From an uncultured delta proteobacterium (GTDB lineage: Bacteria; Myxococcota_A; Polyangia; Fen-1088): a stretch of 64,000 nt of DNA. The notes under the pieces were generated by a model. It made no database searches. It had not been told where the DNA came from and saw nothing but the letters and a program-made list of their open reading frames with translations. How positions within the stretch are numbered: position 1 is the first letter of the stretch; the number at the start of each line of letters is the position of its first letter. The stretch lies in contig CAVYGB010000008.1 in assembly GCA_963767925.1 (NCBI GenBank), positions 2,752,001-2,816,000 on the forward strand, given 5' to 3'. This document shows positions 11,341 through 26,571 of the stretch, piece by piece. Both the position numbers and the translations under genes were made by a program.

Positions 11341-12165
11341 GTGGACGTAGCCGCGAAGCACCAGAAGTTGCGCGAGATCGTCTCGAGGTACGACTCGGCC
11401 CTCGTCTGTTTTTCAGGCGGGGTCGACTCGATGCTGCTCCTGCGCGTCGCCCATGACGTGCTGGGCGACCGCTGCGTCGCCATGACTGCCGTCTCCATCA
11501 CCATGGCCCGCAGTGAGCGGCAGGCGGCGATGGACCTGGCCAGCGGGCTGGGGGTCCGGCACGAGATGGTCGAGTCCAACGAGCTCGAGCGCCCCGGCTT
11601 CGCCCAGAACCCCACCAACCGCTGTTACCACTGCAAGTCGGAGCTGCTCGAGATCGCCGGCCCGGCCGCGCAGCGCCTGGGCCTGCGCGAGATCCTGCTC
11701 GGCACCAACCTCGACGACCTCGGGGATCACCGCCCCGGCCTCGACGCGGCGAAGGAGCGGGGCGCCCGCCAGCCCATGGTCGAGGCCCAGCTCGACAAGG
11801 CCGAGGTGCGCATGTTGTCCCGGGAGCTGGGCCTGCCCACCTGGGACAAGCCGCAGCTGGCCTGCCTGTCGTCGCGCTTCCCCTACGGCACCGAGATCAC
11901 CGCCGAGAAGCTGCAGCAGGTCGACGCCTTCGAAGACGGGCTGCGGGCGCTCGGGTTCCGCCAGCTGCGGGTCCGTTACCACGGCGAGGTGGCCCGCCTG
12001 GAGCTCGAGGCGGGCACCATGAGCCTGGCCCTCGACCCGCAGGTCCGGCCGCGCATCGTCGAGCTGGGGCGCCGCGTCGGCTTCACCTTCGTCGCCCTCG
12101 ACCTGGCCGGGTTCGCCTCGGGGTCCCTGAACCAGCTCATCGGTCTGCGTCGGGCCGGCGGCTGA
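11341..12165 (+). CDS. larE: ATP-dependent sulfur transferase LarE (NPN cofactor biosynthesis)
   Basis: FSGGVDS PP-loop, NRCYHCK, GTNLDDLGDHRPG, WDKPQLACLSSRFPYG, LRVRYHG. Confidence 0.92.
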   Translation: MDVAAKHQKLREIVSRYDSALVCFSGGVDSMLLLRVAHDVLGDRCVAMTAVSITMARSERQAAMDLASGLGVRHEMVESNELERPGFAQNPTNRCYHCKSELLEIAGPAAQRLGLREILLGTNLDDLGDHRPGLDAAKERGARQPMVEAQLDKAEVRMLSRELGLPTWDKPQLACLSSRFPYGTEITAEKLQQVDAFEDGLRALGFRQLRVRYHGEVARLELEAGTMSLALDPQVRPRIVELGRRVGFTFVALDLAGFASGSLNQLIGLRRAGG

Positions 12166-12321
12166 GGCGGCGTCAGGCCCGCGCCGCGCCCCGCCGTGGA
12201 TGTGCTCGGTCGGCCTGTGGTTAACTACCAGGTACCCCTCGTTTTTCGCGGGGGCAATTTGCACCGTCGCCGGCTCAATTAAAATCCCCGAAGGGTCGTT
12301 GTCTTCTCCAGAGAGGATGCT

Positions 12322-13038
12322 GTGTTCACCTTACTGGTTCTAGCCGCTCTTCCCCTGTTCCCGCCCTCCCTCAACGAGCTGGAAGTGCTCCCCCTGGCGG
12401 GTGCCCCGGAGCTCTGTGACGTCGCCCTGGTCCGGCGCGCCCCTGGCCGCGAGCTTTCCAAGAAGCAGGCCTGGCTGGAAGAGAAGGGCAGCCGGGTCGA
12501 TGTTCACCTGACCTCTGCCGACTTCCCCAAGGCGCGCACCTCGGGGCGAAAGCCGGCGGGGGCCACCCTGGCCCAGGCGGCGGAGCGGCAGACGCCCGGC
12601 ACGATTGCCATGCCGGTGACGACCCTGTTCAACCTGAGGACGCGCGAGTCGCTGTCGCTGCTCCCGGGGGTGGCGCTGTCCGAGCGCTTCCACGTGTTCC
12701 TCCGCGATCACTTCACCAACCAGGCCACCCGCATGGACGAGCGGCTGGTGCAGGTGCTCACCAACGTCGCCCGCCGCTTCTCCGCCGAGCGGATCGAGGT
12801 GGTCTCGGGCTACCGCTCGCCGAAGTACAACGTGATGCTGCGCAAGAAGGGCCGGGAAGTGGCCCGCACCAGTCAGCACACCGAGGGCAACGCGGTCGAC
12901 TTCCGGCTGCGCGGCATCCCCACCCGCCGCCTGCTCAACTTCGTCCGCTCGCTGAAGATCGGCGGCGTGGGCTATTACCCCCACTCGCAGTTCGTGCACA
13001 GCGACACCGGCCGCGTCCGCTACTGGCGCGGAAGCTGA
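12322..13038 (+). CDS. YcbK/DUF882 family (peptidase M15) protein
   Basis: FLRDH, VVSGYRSPKYN, SQHTEGNAVD, GGVGYYP..FVHSDTG. Confidence 0.88.
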   Translation: MFTLLVLAALPLFPPSLNELEVLPLAGAPELCDVALVRRAPGRELSKKQAWLEEKGSRVDVHLTSADFPKARTSGRKPAGATLAQAAERQTPGTIAMPVTTLFNLRTRESLSLLPGVALSERFHVFLRDHFTNQATRMDERLVQVLTNVARRFSAERIEVVSGYRSPKYNVMLRKKGREVARTSQHTEGNAVDFRLRGIPTRRLLNFVRSLKIGGVGYYPHSQFVHSDTGRVRYWRGS

Positions 13039-13063
13039 TTCACCGCGGCCGGCCGGCCCCGGG

Positions 13064-14116
13064 CTAGAAGCGACCGCTCGCGCCGAAGACCCAGGCTTGC
13101 TGGGCGACGCGGTCGGTGGTCTCCAGGCTGACCGGGCTGGGAGACATGAAGAACATCACCGCGCCGGTGCCGAGCACCAGCCCACCGGCGCCGAACAGGA
13201 TCCCCGACAGCAGCTCGGTCGAGCGGCGCTCCTCGACGGCGCAGCCGACGTTCGCCCGGTAGTCCAGGCAGCCCACCACCTGGTTGTGGAAGTGCAGGGC
13301 CACGACGCCCGCCCCGACCGCCGCCGCGCCCACCAGCGAGAGGGCCACGGCGGTCAGGCGCGAGGGGCGCCAGCCTCCGATGGCCGCCGCCACCGTCCCC
13401 GAGGGGGCCAGATCGACGGCCAGGTAGCCGTTCATGCCGCTGTCGACGAAGATGTTCCGGTCGGAGATCTGGTAGCCGTCCGCCCGCACCACCATGCGGT
13501 GTGTGCCAGTAGCGACATCCACCGACAGTGGGGTCACGCCGGCGGCCTTGCCGTCGATGGTGACCTCGGCCCCCTGCGGCTTGGACTCGATCGAGAAGCG
13601 GCCCGGCGCGGTGGCTGCCGCCTCCTCCGCCTTGCCCCGCAAGCTCATCACCTGGCGGTCCATCTGGGTGCCGACCTCCTTGATGCCACAGAGCTCGCAG
13701 CGCTCCCGGCTCTGGCCGATCCCCTTGCCGTCCCGTCCCGAGATGAGATCTATCGCGACGTCGTAATTTTTCTTGTCCACCTGCACGTTGCCGGTGACGA
13801 GGTACTCGACGCCGAGGCGCTGCGCGATCTCCTTGTAACAGGCGGGCTCTTTGCACGCCTCGAGCCGGCTGCCTTGCTTCAGGAGCTGCTCGACGGTCAT
13901 CCCGGCAAAGACCTGGAACTCCGCTGCCGCCAGGCCCCCGATGAGCCGCTCGCGGAGGAAGTTCTTGTTGTTGTCGGGCATGTCTTCCTGGAAGACGAGC
14001 CGCAACACGGCCACGCGCCGGTGCGCCGCGCGGGCCGTCGCCGGCGCGAGTAAGACCGAACAAGCTAGGGCGCCCCCCAGGAGGGCGGCGCAAATAGGGG
14101 CACGCAACCTGAGCAT
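13064..14116 (-). CDS. Secreted PEGA-domain protein
   Basis: Signal peptide, SKPQGAEVTIDGK..GVTPL PEGA motif, C-terminal GRF. Confidence 0.8.
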   Translation of the reverse strand: MLRLRAPICAALLGGALACSVLLAPATARAAHRRVAVLRLVFQEDMPDNNKNFLRERLIGGLAAAEFQVFAGMTVEQLLKQGSRLEACKEPACYKEIAQRLGVEYLVTGNVQVDKKNYDVAIDLISGRDGKGIGQSRERCELCGIKEVGTQMDRQVMSLRGKAEEAAATAPGRFSIESKPQGAEVTIDGKAAGVTPLSVDVATGTHRMVVRADGYQISDRNIFVDSGMNGYLAVDLAPSGTVAAAIGGWRPSRLTAVALSLVGAAAVGAGVVALHFHNQVVGCLDYRANVGCAVEERRSTELLSGILFGAGGLVLGTGAVMFFMSPSPVSLETTDRVAQQAWVFGASGRF

Positions 14117-14125
14117 AGCGATCGT

Positions 14126-17716
<3,591 letters not shown>

Positions 17717-17819
17717 CGCGCAGCCGGATGTTTTACGCGCCACCACCCCACCGGTCAACGGCCGGAGCCACCACCGTCGGAGGGGAGAGTGTGCTACACC
17801 TTGGCCGAGGGGCAGCGGC

Positions 17820-19635
17820 ATGGATGGTCGACCAAGCTGGCGGCTCGTCGGATGCGGCCTGGCGCTGAGCCTGGCCCCCGCCTGCGGCGGTGCTCCGGGT
17901 CCGCCCTCGGACGCAGGGCCTCCACCGGGGTTCCAGATCCGCCACAGCGACGAGTCGGTGGCGGTGACCCCCAACGGCAGCCGGCAGCTCGCCTTCTTCC
18001 TCGTCGACGGCCAGCAGCGGCCGGTCCCCAACCAGGTGTTGCAGTTCCAGATCACCGACGCGATGGTGGCCCGCGGCGCGACCCTCTCGATCGACCGGGG
18101 TGTGACCGACGCCCAGGGCATGGTCAGCCTGCAGATCATCGGCGGCCTCAACACCCGCTTCAAGCTGCGGATCTCGGCCGAGCGGGCCCCCCGCCTGGAG
18201 GTGGAGGTGGTGGTCGACTCCCGCAAATACGGACCGGTCGAGGTGGCGCCCACCCTGGTGGGCATCGGGGGGCGAGTCGGTGGCCTCGATCATCGTCTTC
18301 TTTTCCCCGGGCAGCGGCTGCGCCAGCATCTCGCGATCGCGGCCCCCGAGCGACGTCATCCCCGCCCGCACCGTCCTGCCGGGACAGGTCGAGCGCTACT
18401 CCACCGTCAGCATGGAGGGCGGCCACGCCATCGTCGGCCACGGCCTCGACGGCGAAGGAGTGGTGGTGGTGGACGGCTGCGTGGATCTGTCGGGAACCGC
18501 CATCCTGGAAGAGGGGCTGGTGCGGGTGGTGTTGCCCCTCGCCCGCAGCGCCATCTCCCCGGTGGGGCGCTTCCGGGTCACCTCGCAGCTCCAGCTCGCC
18601 CAGATGCCCACCGCGGCGACCGCGCTGGCGGAGGCCTGGAGCGAGCTGACCGCCTGCCCCTCCGACCCGGCCCGCCTCTGGCTCGACTGCACGGTGGACG
18701 CCCTGGCCCCCGAGAGCTCCGAGGACCCCCTCGACTGCGCGCCCAGCGTCGCCGACGACGCCGCCTTCGACCGCAAGCTGGCCGCCCGCCGGGGGCTCCG
18801 CGAGACGACCCCGCCCCCCAGCAGCTACCCCCGCTGCCGGGGGGAAAAAGACGCCGCCGGCGATTTCTCCCTGGAGACCCGGATCGCGGGGATGTTCGCC
18901 GCCCTCAACCCGGCCCTGCGCGCCAACCTGGAGGGCATCTCGCGCGAGACCTCGACCCTGCTGTCCTCGATCGGCGTCCAGTCCTACTTCGAGGTGACGG
19001 CCACCAGCCGGCCCGATCGCTTCCAGGTCGACCACCAGCTCGAGGCGCTCGAGCTGGGCGAGCCGGGGGCCAAGGTCCCGGTCGACCTGTGGAGCCTGGG
19101 GCTCCCCCTGCGGACCGCCCGCCTGGTCCCGGCGGTGACGGTGGCGGGCGACATCGCCTTCGAGCAACACGGGTTCACCATTCGCCTCGGCTCGGCCGCC
19201 CGCCTGGCCACCGAGCAGCGGATCCTCGCCCGCCGGGGATATCCCGGCGAGACGGCGGGGTTCGTCACCAGCGTGTTCGCCGCGGCCACCTACGTCGACC
19301 GGGGCACCACCTACAAGGGCTGTCCGGCCCTGGCGGCGCTGGTCTGTCCGCTGGTGGGGGCTCCCGACGGCTGCCTCGTCGAGGCCTGCCAGGCGGGCGT
19401 GGCGGCGCTGGGCCGCCGGCTGGCCGGCGTCTTCGCCCCCCTCAACGGCAGCGGCCTCGACCTGCACCTCGAGGGGACCGCGCCGCTCATCGAGCGCGAC
19501 GGCGACGGGCGGGCCGACTCCTTCGGCTGGCTGCTGCCCTCGTCGTTCCCGGGCGTCTGGTCGGGCAACCTGCGGGCCGGCGAAGAGCAGCACGCCGTGC
19601 GCGGCATCTTCACCGCCGACCGCGAGCCCCAGTAG
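17820..19635 (+). CDS. Large Cys-rich putative lipoprotein, frameshifted at the G-run 18267-18272
   Basis: Signal peptide with lipobox-like LAPAC from ATG 17820 and Ig-like N-terminus; removing one G joins it to ORF 18280..19635. Confidence 0.65.
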
Positions 19636-19722
19636 CCCGCCGCTGCGGGTGACGGTGGCGACCCGGGAGCCAGGGCGACCGGGGCCCTGGTGTCTCGGGC
19701 CGCTTCGGTTTATGAAACCGGG

Positions 19723-20910
19723 ATGCAGCACCGCTTTGCCCCCGTCGCTGGCGTCCTGGCCCTGCTCCTCGGCGCCGCCACCGCCGTCGGGCAGGACGGC
19801 GGCTTCGAGGAGCCCCCGCTGGCGCCCGCCGCGCCCCCGCCGCCGGTGCCGGCGGCCCTGGCCAAGAAGGTGAAGCTCGAGCTCGTCACCTCGGAGACCA
19901 CCGAGGCGCTGGGGCTCGTCACGCCGCCGGGCGAGACCGGCGGGCGGGTCTTCGTCGTCGAGAAGCGCGGCAAGATCCGGATCCTCCGGGGCAAGAAGTT
20001 CGACGCCGCCCCCTTCCTCGATCTGACCGGCAAGGTCTCGCTCGAGCCGCGCGACAGCGGCGAGCAGGGACTGCTGGGTCTGGCTTTTCACCCTGGCTAT
20101 GCCCAGAACGGCCGCTTTTACCTGAACTTTACCGACCCCAAGGGCGACACGCGGGTCGTGGAGAGGAAGGTGGACGCCGCCTCGCCCGATCGGGCCGACG
20201 CGGCCTTCACCCGCGAGCTGCTCTCCGTGCCCCAGCCCTACGCCAATCACAATGCCGGTGACCTCGCCTTCGGTAGCGACGGCAAGCTGTACGTCCTGCT
20301 CGGCGACGGGGGCGCGGGCGACGATCCCCAGAACAACGCGCAGAATCCGCAAAGCCGGCTGGGCAAGGCCCTGCGCCTCGACGTCGACCTGCCCCAGATC
20401 AACGTCGAGGTGGTGGGCAAGGGGCTGCGCAACCCCTGGCGCTACGCCTTCGACAGCAAGACCAAGGACCTGTTCATCGCCGACGTCGGGCAGCGGCAGT
20501 GGGAGTACATCCACGTGTTGCCGGGGGGCAAGCTGGCCGGGCAGAACTTCGGCTGGAAGATCGCCGAGGGCAAACACTGCTTTCTGGCGAAGACCTGCAA
20601 CCGCCGGGGCCTGCAGGCGCCCGTCCTGGAATACAACCACCGCGAGGGCTGCTCCATCACGGGCGGCCAGGTCTACCGGGGCAAGGCCTTTCCCGAGCTG
20701 GCGGGGGCCTACTTCTACAGCGACTACTGCACGGCCATCCTGCGCAGCTTCCGCTTCAAGAACGGGCGGGCGACCGACAGCTGGGACTGGAAGGCCGCCC
20801 TCGATCCGGAGTTCAAGCTGGCCCGCATCGCCGCCTTCGGCCTCGATCAGGACGGCGAGCTGTACCTGGTGAGCCACGAGGGGCCCATCTACAAGCTGGT
20901 CGCGCGTTGA
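19723..20910 (+). CDS. PQQ-dependent sugar dehydrogenase (GSDH family), secreted
   Basis: GEQGLLGLAFHP, NHNAGDLAFG.DG.LY..LGDGG, GLRNPWR, IADVGQ, SITGG.VYRG. Confidence 0.9.
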   Translation: MQHRFAPVAGVLALLLGAATAVGQDGGFEEPPLAPAAPPPPVPAALAKKVKLELVTSETTEALGLVTPPGETGGRVFVVEKRGKIRILRGKKFDAAPFLDLTGKVSLEPRDSGEQGLLGLAFHPGYAQNGRFYLNFTDPKGDTRVVERKVDAASPDRADAAFTRELLSVPQPYANHNAGDLAFGSDGKLYVLLGDGGAGDDPQNNAQNPQSRLGKALRLDVDLPQINVEVVGKGLRNPWRYAFDSKTKDLFIADVGQRQWEYIHVLPGGKLAGQNFGWKIAEGKHCFLAKTCNRRGLQAPVLEYNHREGCSITGGQVYRGKAFPELAGAYFYSDYCTAILRSFRFKNGRATDSWDWKAALDPEFKLARIAAFGLDQDGELYLVSHEGPIYKLVAR

Positions 20911-21004
20911 CCCCGGGCGCCGGCTGTCCTGTCTCTCACCCGCGCGGCGGCACCGACATCAACGCTCGGGCGTCCTGCTCCGTATTCGTAGACGAAAGCA
21001 CCAC

Positions 21005-22552
21005 ATGGCAACGATGACCGCTCCCCCTCCCAGCACCCGCCCCCCGCGCCCGCGCCCGACCGCCTACCTCACGGCGTCCGCCTGCGCCCTGCTCCTGGCC
21101 ACCTCCGCTCCGGCTGGCGCCGCCGAGCAGCCGCTGACGCTGATGCAGGCGATCGAATACGCCGTCAAGTCCAACCCCGACCTGCGTCGCGAACGGATCG
21201 CCATCGACGTCGCCGACGCCCAGCTCGAGGCATCCCGGGGCGCCTTCGACTTCCTCCTCACCTCGGACCTGATCTTCTCCCGGCGGACCACCCCGGCCAT
21301 CAACAGCCAGGACGTGCAGGGCGGGGTGAACAACAACCTGCTCCTCAACCTGGGGCTCGCCCGCCAGCTCGAGACCGGCGGCGCGGTCAGCCTCAACTTC
21401 CGGAACAACCAGAGCGACACCAACAACCGGCTGCAGTGCGGGACCCTGGCCGGCGCCGCCACCGACTGCACGATCTACGGCAGCGACGTCAACCTGAGCT
21501 TCAACCACCCCCTGCTGCAGGGGTTCGGGTCGGAGATCGCCCAGGCCAACATCCGGCGCGAGCGCATCCAGAAGGACCAGGCCCTGCTCAACCGGCAGAT
21601 GCAGGCGGCCAACGTGGTCCGCGACGTGATCAACACCTACTGGGGTCTGTCCTACGCCACCCAGGACCTGGCCATCCGCCGCTCGGCGGTCGACCTGGCC
21701 AACGAGCAGCTCCGGGTGACCAAGGCCCAGATCGACGTGGGCCGCCTGGCGCCGGTCGACGCCGCCGCGGTCGAGCGGGCCATCGGCGAGCGCATGCAGG
21801 AGGTGCTCGTCTCCGAGCAGGAGCTGCTGTTCCGCACGCTCGAGCTGCGGCGCCTGTTCGGCCAGGGGGGCGACCCCAGCATGCAGGTCTACGGGGCCAA
21901 CGACGCACCCCAGTCGACCGCGCGCGAGGTGGACGTGCCGGGCGAGATCGGCCGGGCCATGGAGAGCAACCCGCAGCTCCGGGCCATCAAGCTCGGCATG
22001 GCCCTCACCGAGGTCGACCTGCAGGTGGCCCGCTCCACCCTCAAGCCGCGGCTCGACTTCGTGGGCGAGGTGGGGGCCACCGGCCGGCGGCCCGACCTGC
22101 CCGACGCCATCGCCCAGGCCTTCGGCCTCGACGAGCTGACCTGGTCGGCCGGGCTGCAGTTCGAGATGCCGCTCGAGAACCGGCAGGCGCGGGGCCAGGA
22201 GCGGGCCGCCCGCCTGGCCTCGGAGCTGTCGCGGCTGAACGCCGGCGACCTCGAGCTCGAGATCCGCAATCAGGTGGTGCGCCTGTCGTCGGTGATCCGC
22301 ACCGCCGCCAAGCGGGTCGACCTGGCCAAGGCCACGGTCGGCTTCGCCACCCAGAACCTGGAGGCCGAGAAGGCGCGCTTCTCGGTCGGCCGCTCGACCA
22401 ACAACGACGTCCTCCTCCGGCAGCAAGAGCTCAAGAACACCGAGATCCAGGTGGTTCGCGCCACCGTCGACCTCCTGGTCGGTGAAAACACCCTCGCCGC
22501 CCTCACCGGCGAGCTCCTCGACCGCTACAAGATCGTCCTCAAAGGGATGTAG
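21005..22552 (+). CDS. TolC family outer-membrane efflux protein
   Basis: Signal peptide, LTL.QAI..A...NPDL, two OEP-like repeats, E..RF.VGRST..DVL. Confidence 0.88.
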   Translation: MATMTAPPPSTRPPRPRPTAYLTASACALLLATSAPAGAAEQPLTLMQAIEYAVKSNPDLRRERIAIDVADAQLEASRGAFDFLLTSDLIFSRRTTPAINSQDVQGGVNNNLLLNLGLARQLETGGAVSLNFRNNQSDTNNRLQCGTLAGAATDCTIYGSDVNLSFNHPLLQGFGSEIAQANIRRERIQKDQALLNRQMQAANVVRDVINTYWGLSYATQDLAIRRSAVDLANEQLRVTKAQIDVGRLAPVDAAAVERAIGERMQEVLVSEQELLFRTLELRRLFGQGGDPSMQVYGANDAPQSTAREVDVPGEIGRAMESNPQLRAIKLGMALTEVDLQVARSTLKPRLDFVGEVGATGRRPDLPDAIAQAFGLDELTWSAGLQFEMPLENRQARGQERAARLASELSRLNAGDLELEIRNQVVRLSSVIRTAAKRVDLAKATVGFATQNLEAEKARFSVGRSTNNDVLLRQQELKNTEIQVVRATVDLLVGENTLAALTGELLDRYKIVLKGM

Positions 22553-23356
22553 GAGGGGCGGCGGCCCGGGTGATCGCGGCGAGGTGCTGGCCGGTGCGGG
22601 TTTTGTCGCGGCGGTAGGAGTAGAAGCGGGCGGCGGGGTCGCAGACGGTGCACTCGGGGCCGGCGTCGATGTGGTCGGGGGGGACGCCGAGGGCTTCCAG
22701 CTCGAGGCGGAGAGAGCGTTTGAGGTCGATGTGGGGGCGGCGGGGGCCGTCGACGACGACGCCGAGCGCCCGCGCGCCCGCGTGGCGGGCCTCGAAGGCC
22801 GCCACCACCTCGGGGCCCACCTCGAAGCAGCAGGGGCCGATGGCGGGGCCCAGGGCGATGCGAAGGTCGGCGGGGCGGGCCTGGTAGGCCCTCGTCAGGG
22901 CGGCCACCGTGGCGCCCGCCACGCCCGCGATCACGCCCCGCCAGCCGGCGTGGGCGGCGCCGAAGGCCCCGCTCGTGGCATCGGCGAACAGGACGGGGAC
23001 ACAGTCCGCGGAGAAGACGCCGAGCGCGGCCCCCGGGACGTCGCTGACGAAGGCGTCTCCGCTGCGGCCCTCGAGGCTGTCCGGGGTGTCGCCGGATCGC
23101 ACCTGGACGACGTCGTTGCCGTGGACCTGCTTCATGAGAAAGAGATGATCGGCGCCGAGCGCCACCTGCAGCCGGCGGCGGTTCTCCAGCACGGCGGGAC
23201 GGTCGTCGCCCCAGGCCCGGGCGAAGTTGAAGCTCTCGAACGGTGGGCCGCTCACGCCCCCTTCCCGGGTGGGAAAGCCATGGGCGAAGCCGGGCGGCAG
23301 CAGCGGCGACTGCAGCAGCGGCAGGGGCACGCCGTCGACCATCACCGTGCCCGTGT

Positions 23357-23360
<4 letters not shown>
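22539..23360 (-). CDS. pgeF: PgeF/YfiH family (peptidoglycan editing factor / purine nucleoside phosphorylase)
   Basis: HGFPTREGGVS, QVHG, ADCVPVL, HAGWRG, GPAIGPCCFEVG, FYSYRR; downstream of rluD. Confidence 0.92.
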
Positions 23361-24336
<976 letters not shown>

Positions 24337-24340
<4 letters not shown>

Positions 24341-24603
24341 CAGATCTTCGATTTGAGATGACCCTTGGACTTGAGCATCACGTCAACCAGGGCCCGTTCG
24401 TACAGGTTGAGCGAATAGATCTCGGGCGTGACCCGGGACTTGAATAGGGCGCGACCTTCCTCGATCTCATCTTTCATGATGTCGAACAGGATGTCCTTCT
24501 GGATCCCTTCCACGATCTTCGCCTCGTGATAAAGCGTGAGATCGGACGCAATGGCCCGGGCGAGCTGGCGCGCCCGATCTTGCTTGTCGATGAGTGGCGG
24601 CAT
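24337..24603 (-). CDS. Small hypothetical protein (88 aa)
   Basis: MPPLID..ARQLARAIASDLTLYH..EIEEGRALFKSRV; gene-like codon use; stop overlaps rluD start. Confidence 0.75.
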
Positions 24604-24683
24604 ACCGTAAAAGTTAGCCGATTGCCCGCGCAAGGGGCCAGAGCAAGCTAAGCTTGTCGCCCCACGTTCGACAGGAGGTACCG

Positions 24684-25118
24684 ATGTCGTTTCGCGCACC
24701 GCTTCTCGCCTTGATCGGCGCCGCCGCCCTCACCTTCGCCGCCCCCGACGCGCGCTCGGCCGACGAGCTTCACGAGGTCATCGCGCCGCCGGCTCAGGGC
24801 CGGGTGGGGGCCAAGGGGCGAACCGTGGTCACCCTGACCGGCAAGAACGGATGGCACCTCAACGAGGCGGCCCCTGTCACACTCAAGCTCACCCCCTCGG
24901 CGGGGCTGGCGGTCGACAAGCCGAAGCTCGGGCGCAAGGATCTGGTCGAGGACACGAAGGACCGGGCCCGCTTCGACATCCCCTTCCTCGCCCAGAAGCC
25001 CGGCCGCCAGACCATCGAGGCCGAGGCCAGCTTCGTCGTCTGCCAGGAAGCCGCCTGCAAGCCGGTCAAGGAGAAGGTCACCCTGGCGGTCGACGTCTCC
25101 CCCTCCGCCAAGAAGTAG
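24684..25118 (+). CDS. Secreted protein resembling the DsbD N-terminal Ig-like domain
   Basis: AGGAGG Shine-Dalgarno, signal peptide, GWHLN...P and terminal VCQEAACKP Cys pair. Confidence 0.65.
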   Translation: MSFRAPLLALIGAAALTFAAPDARSADELHEVIAPPAQGRVGAKGRTVVTLTGKNGWHLNEAAPVTLKLTPSAGLAVDKPKLGRKDLVEDTKDRARFDIPFLAQKPGRQTIEAEASFVVCQEAACKPVKEKVTLAVDVSPSAKK

Positions 25119-25176
25119 TCGACGACAAGTAGTCAAGAGACAGGCCGCCCCCGCCCCCGGGTGGCGGCCCCTCTCC

Positions 25177-26571
25177 TCACTCGGTCTCGAACTTCTTCAG
25201 CAGCCGCCGGACCTCGGCGGCGATGGCCGGACGCTGGGGGCCCACCGCCACCGCCGTGAGGCGGGAGGGGGAGAACACCCGCGCGGCCACGGCCTGCACG
25301 TCCTCGCTGCGGACGCGCTGCACGCGGCGGGCCCGCTCGACGTGGGAGTAGGGGCGGAAGAAAAGCTCGGTGCCGCCGAACCAGCCGCACAGCCCGTCGA
25401 GGTCGTCGAAGCCCGCCTCGAGGTCGCCGATGTAGCGGCGCTTGGCCTTCTCCAGCTCGGCGGCGGGCACGGCCATGGTGGCCAGGCCCCGCAGGATGCT
25501 GAGGATCTCGGCCACGAGCTGGGCCAGGTTCTCCGGGGAGCAGGCGGCGTCGATCTCGACGAGGGCGGCGTCGTGCAAGGGCTCGAGCCCCGCCGACACG
25601 TGGTAGGCGAGCCCCTTCTGGTCGCAGACCCGGTAGTGCAGCGGGGTGGACATGCCGTCGTCGAGCAAGCGCATCAGGGTGGCCAGCGCCGGGAAGGCCG
25701 GGTCCCACTCGGGAAAGGCGTGGAAGACGAGCTGGAGCTGGACCTGCGAGCCCTCGTCGTTGACGAACTTGATCTGGGGGCCGACCAGGGTGGAGGTCGC
25801 CGCCTGGGGCTCGACCCGGGTCCCGCGCGGGACCTTGGCGAAGGCCTGCCCGGCCAGCCGCCGCACGTCGGCCCGCTTGACCCGACCGGCCACACAGAGC
25901 GCCATGTTGCTGGCGCCGTAGTAGCGGCGGAAGTGCTGGCGCACGTCGCTGGTGGAGAAGCGGCGTACGTTGCGGCTGGGGCCGATGACCGGATAGCCGA
26001 GCGGGTGTCCCCGCCAGGCCACCGCCCGGGAGATGTCGTGGATGTTGACGTTGCGGCCGCGATCGTCGAGGTCCTCGAGGATCTCCTCGAGGATGATCGG
26101 CCGCTCGAGCTCGATGTCGCGGAAGGTGGGCGCGGCGAACAGATTTCCGAGGATGTCCATCGCCACCGCCACGTCTTTGGGCCGCAAGGAGACGTGGTAG
26201 AGCGAATAGTCCCGCCCGGTCTCGGCGTAGAGGGTCCCGCCCCGCTCCTCGATGGCCCGGTTGAGCAGGAACGAGGTCGGGAACCGCTCCGAGCCCCGGA
26301 ACAGCATGTGCTCGACGAAGTGCGAGAGCCCGTTGCTGCGCGGGGTCTCGTAGCGGGCCCCGGCCCGGACATACACCGCCACCACGGCGGAGTGCAGGTG
26401 GGGGGTCTCGACCGTCGACAGGCGCAGGCCGTTGGGCAGCAGGTCGCGGTAGACCCGGTAGGGCGCGGGGGCGACGGCAGAATCGGCCACTCCCTCGCTG
26501 GTGGAAGGAATGGGCCCCTTGGCGGGTCCCAGGGTGTCGGAGATGCGGCGGGCTCGATTTCGGGTGGACAC
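25177..26571 (-). CDS. M16 (pitrilysin-like) zinc peptidase
   Basis: LPNGL, GLSHFVEHMLFRGS inverted HxxEH motif, HPLG.PVIG. Confidence 0.92.
   Translation of the reverse strand: MSTRNRARRISDTLGPAKGPIPSTSEGVADSAVAPAPYRVYRDLLPNGLRLSTVETPHLHSAVVAVYVRAGARYETPRSNGLSHFVEHMLFRGSERFPTSFLLNRAIEERGGTLYAETGRDYSLYHVSLRPKDVAVAMDILGNLFAAPTFRDIELERPIILEEILEDLDDRGRNVNIHDISRAVAWRGHPLGYPVIGPSRNVRRFSTSDVRQHFRRYYGASNMALCVAGRVKRADVRRLAGQAFAKVPRGTRVEPQAATSTLVGPQIKFVNDEGSQVQLQLVFHAFPEWDPAFPALATLMRLLDDGMSTPLHYRVCDQKGLAYHVSAGLEPLHDAALVEIDAACSPENLAQLVAEILSILRGLATMAVPAAELEKAKRRYIGDLEAGFDDLDGLCGWFGGTELFFRPYSHVERARRVQRVRSEDVQAVAARVFSPSRLTAVAVGPQRPAIAAEVRRLLKKFETE

Noticed and set aside
17786..17800. GAGTGTGCTACA as a possible CIRCE half-site
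   Set aside because: No partner half-site at 9-nt spacing; better read as an extended -10-like element for the 17820 gene
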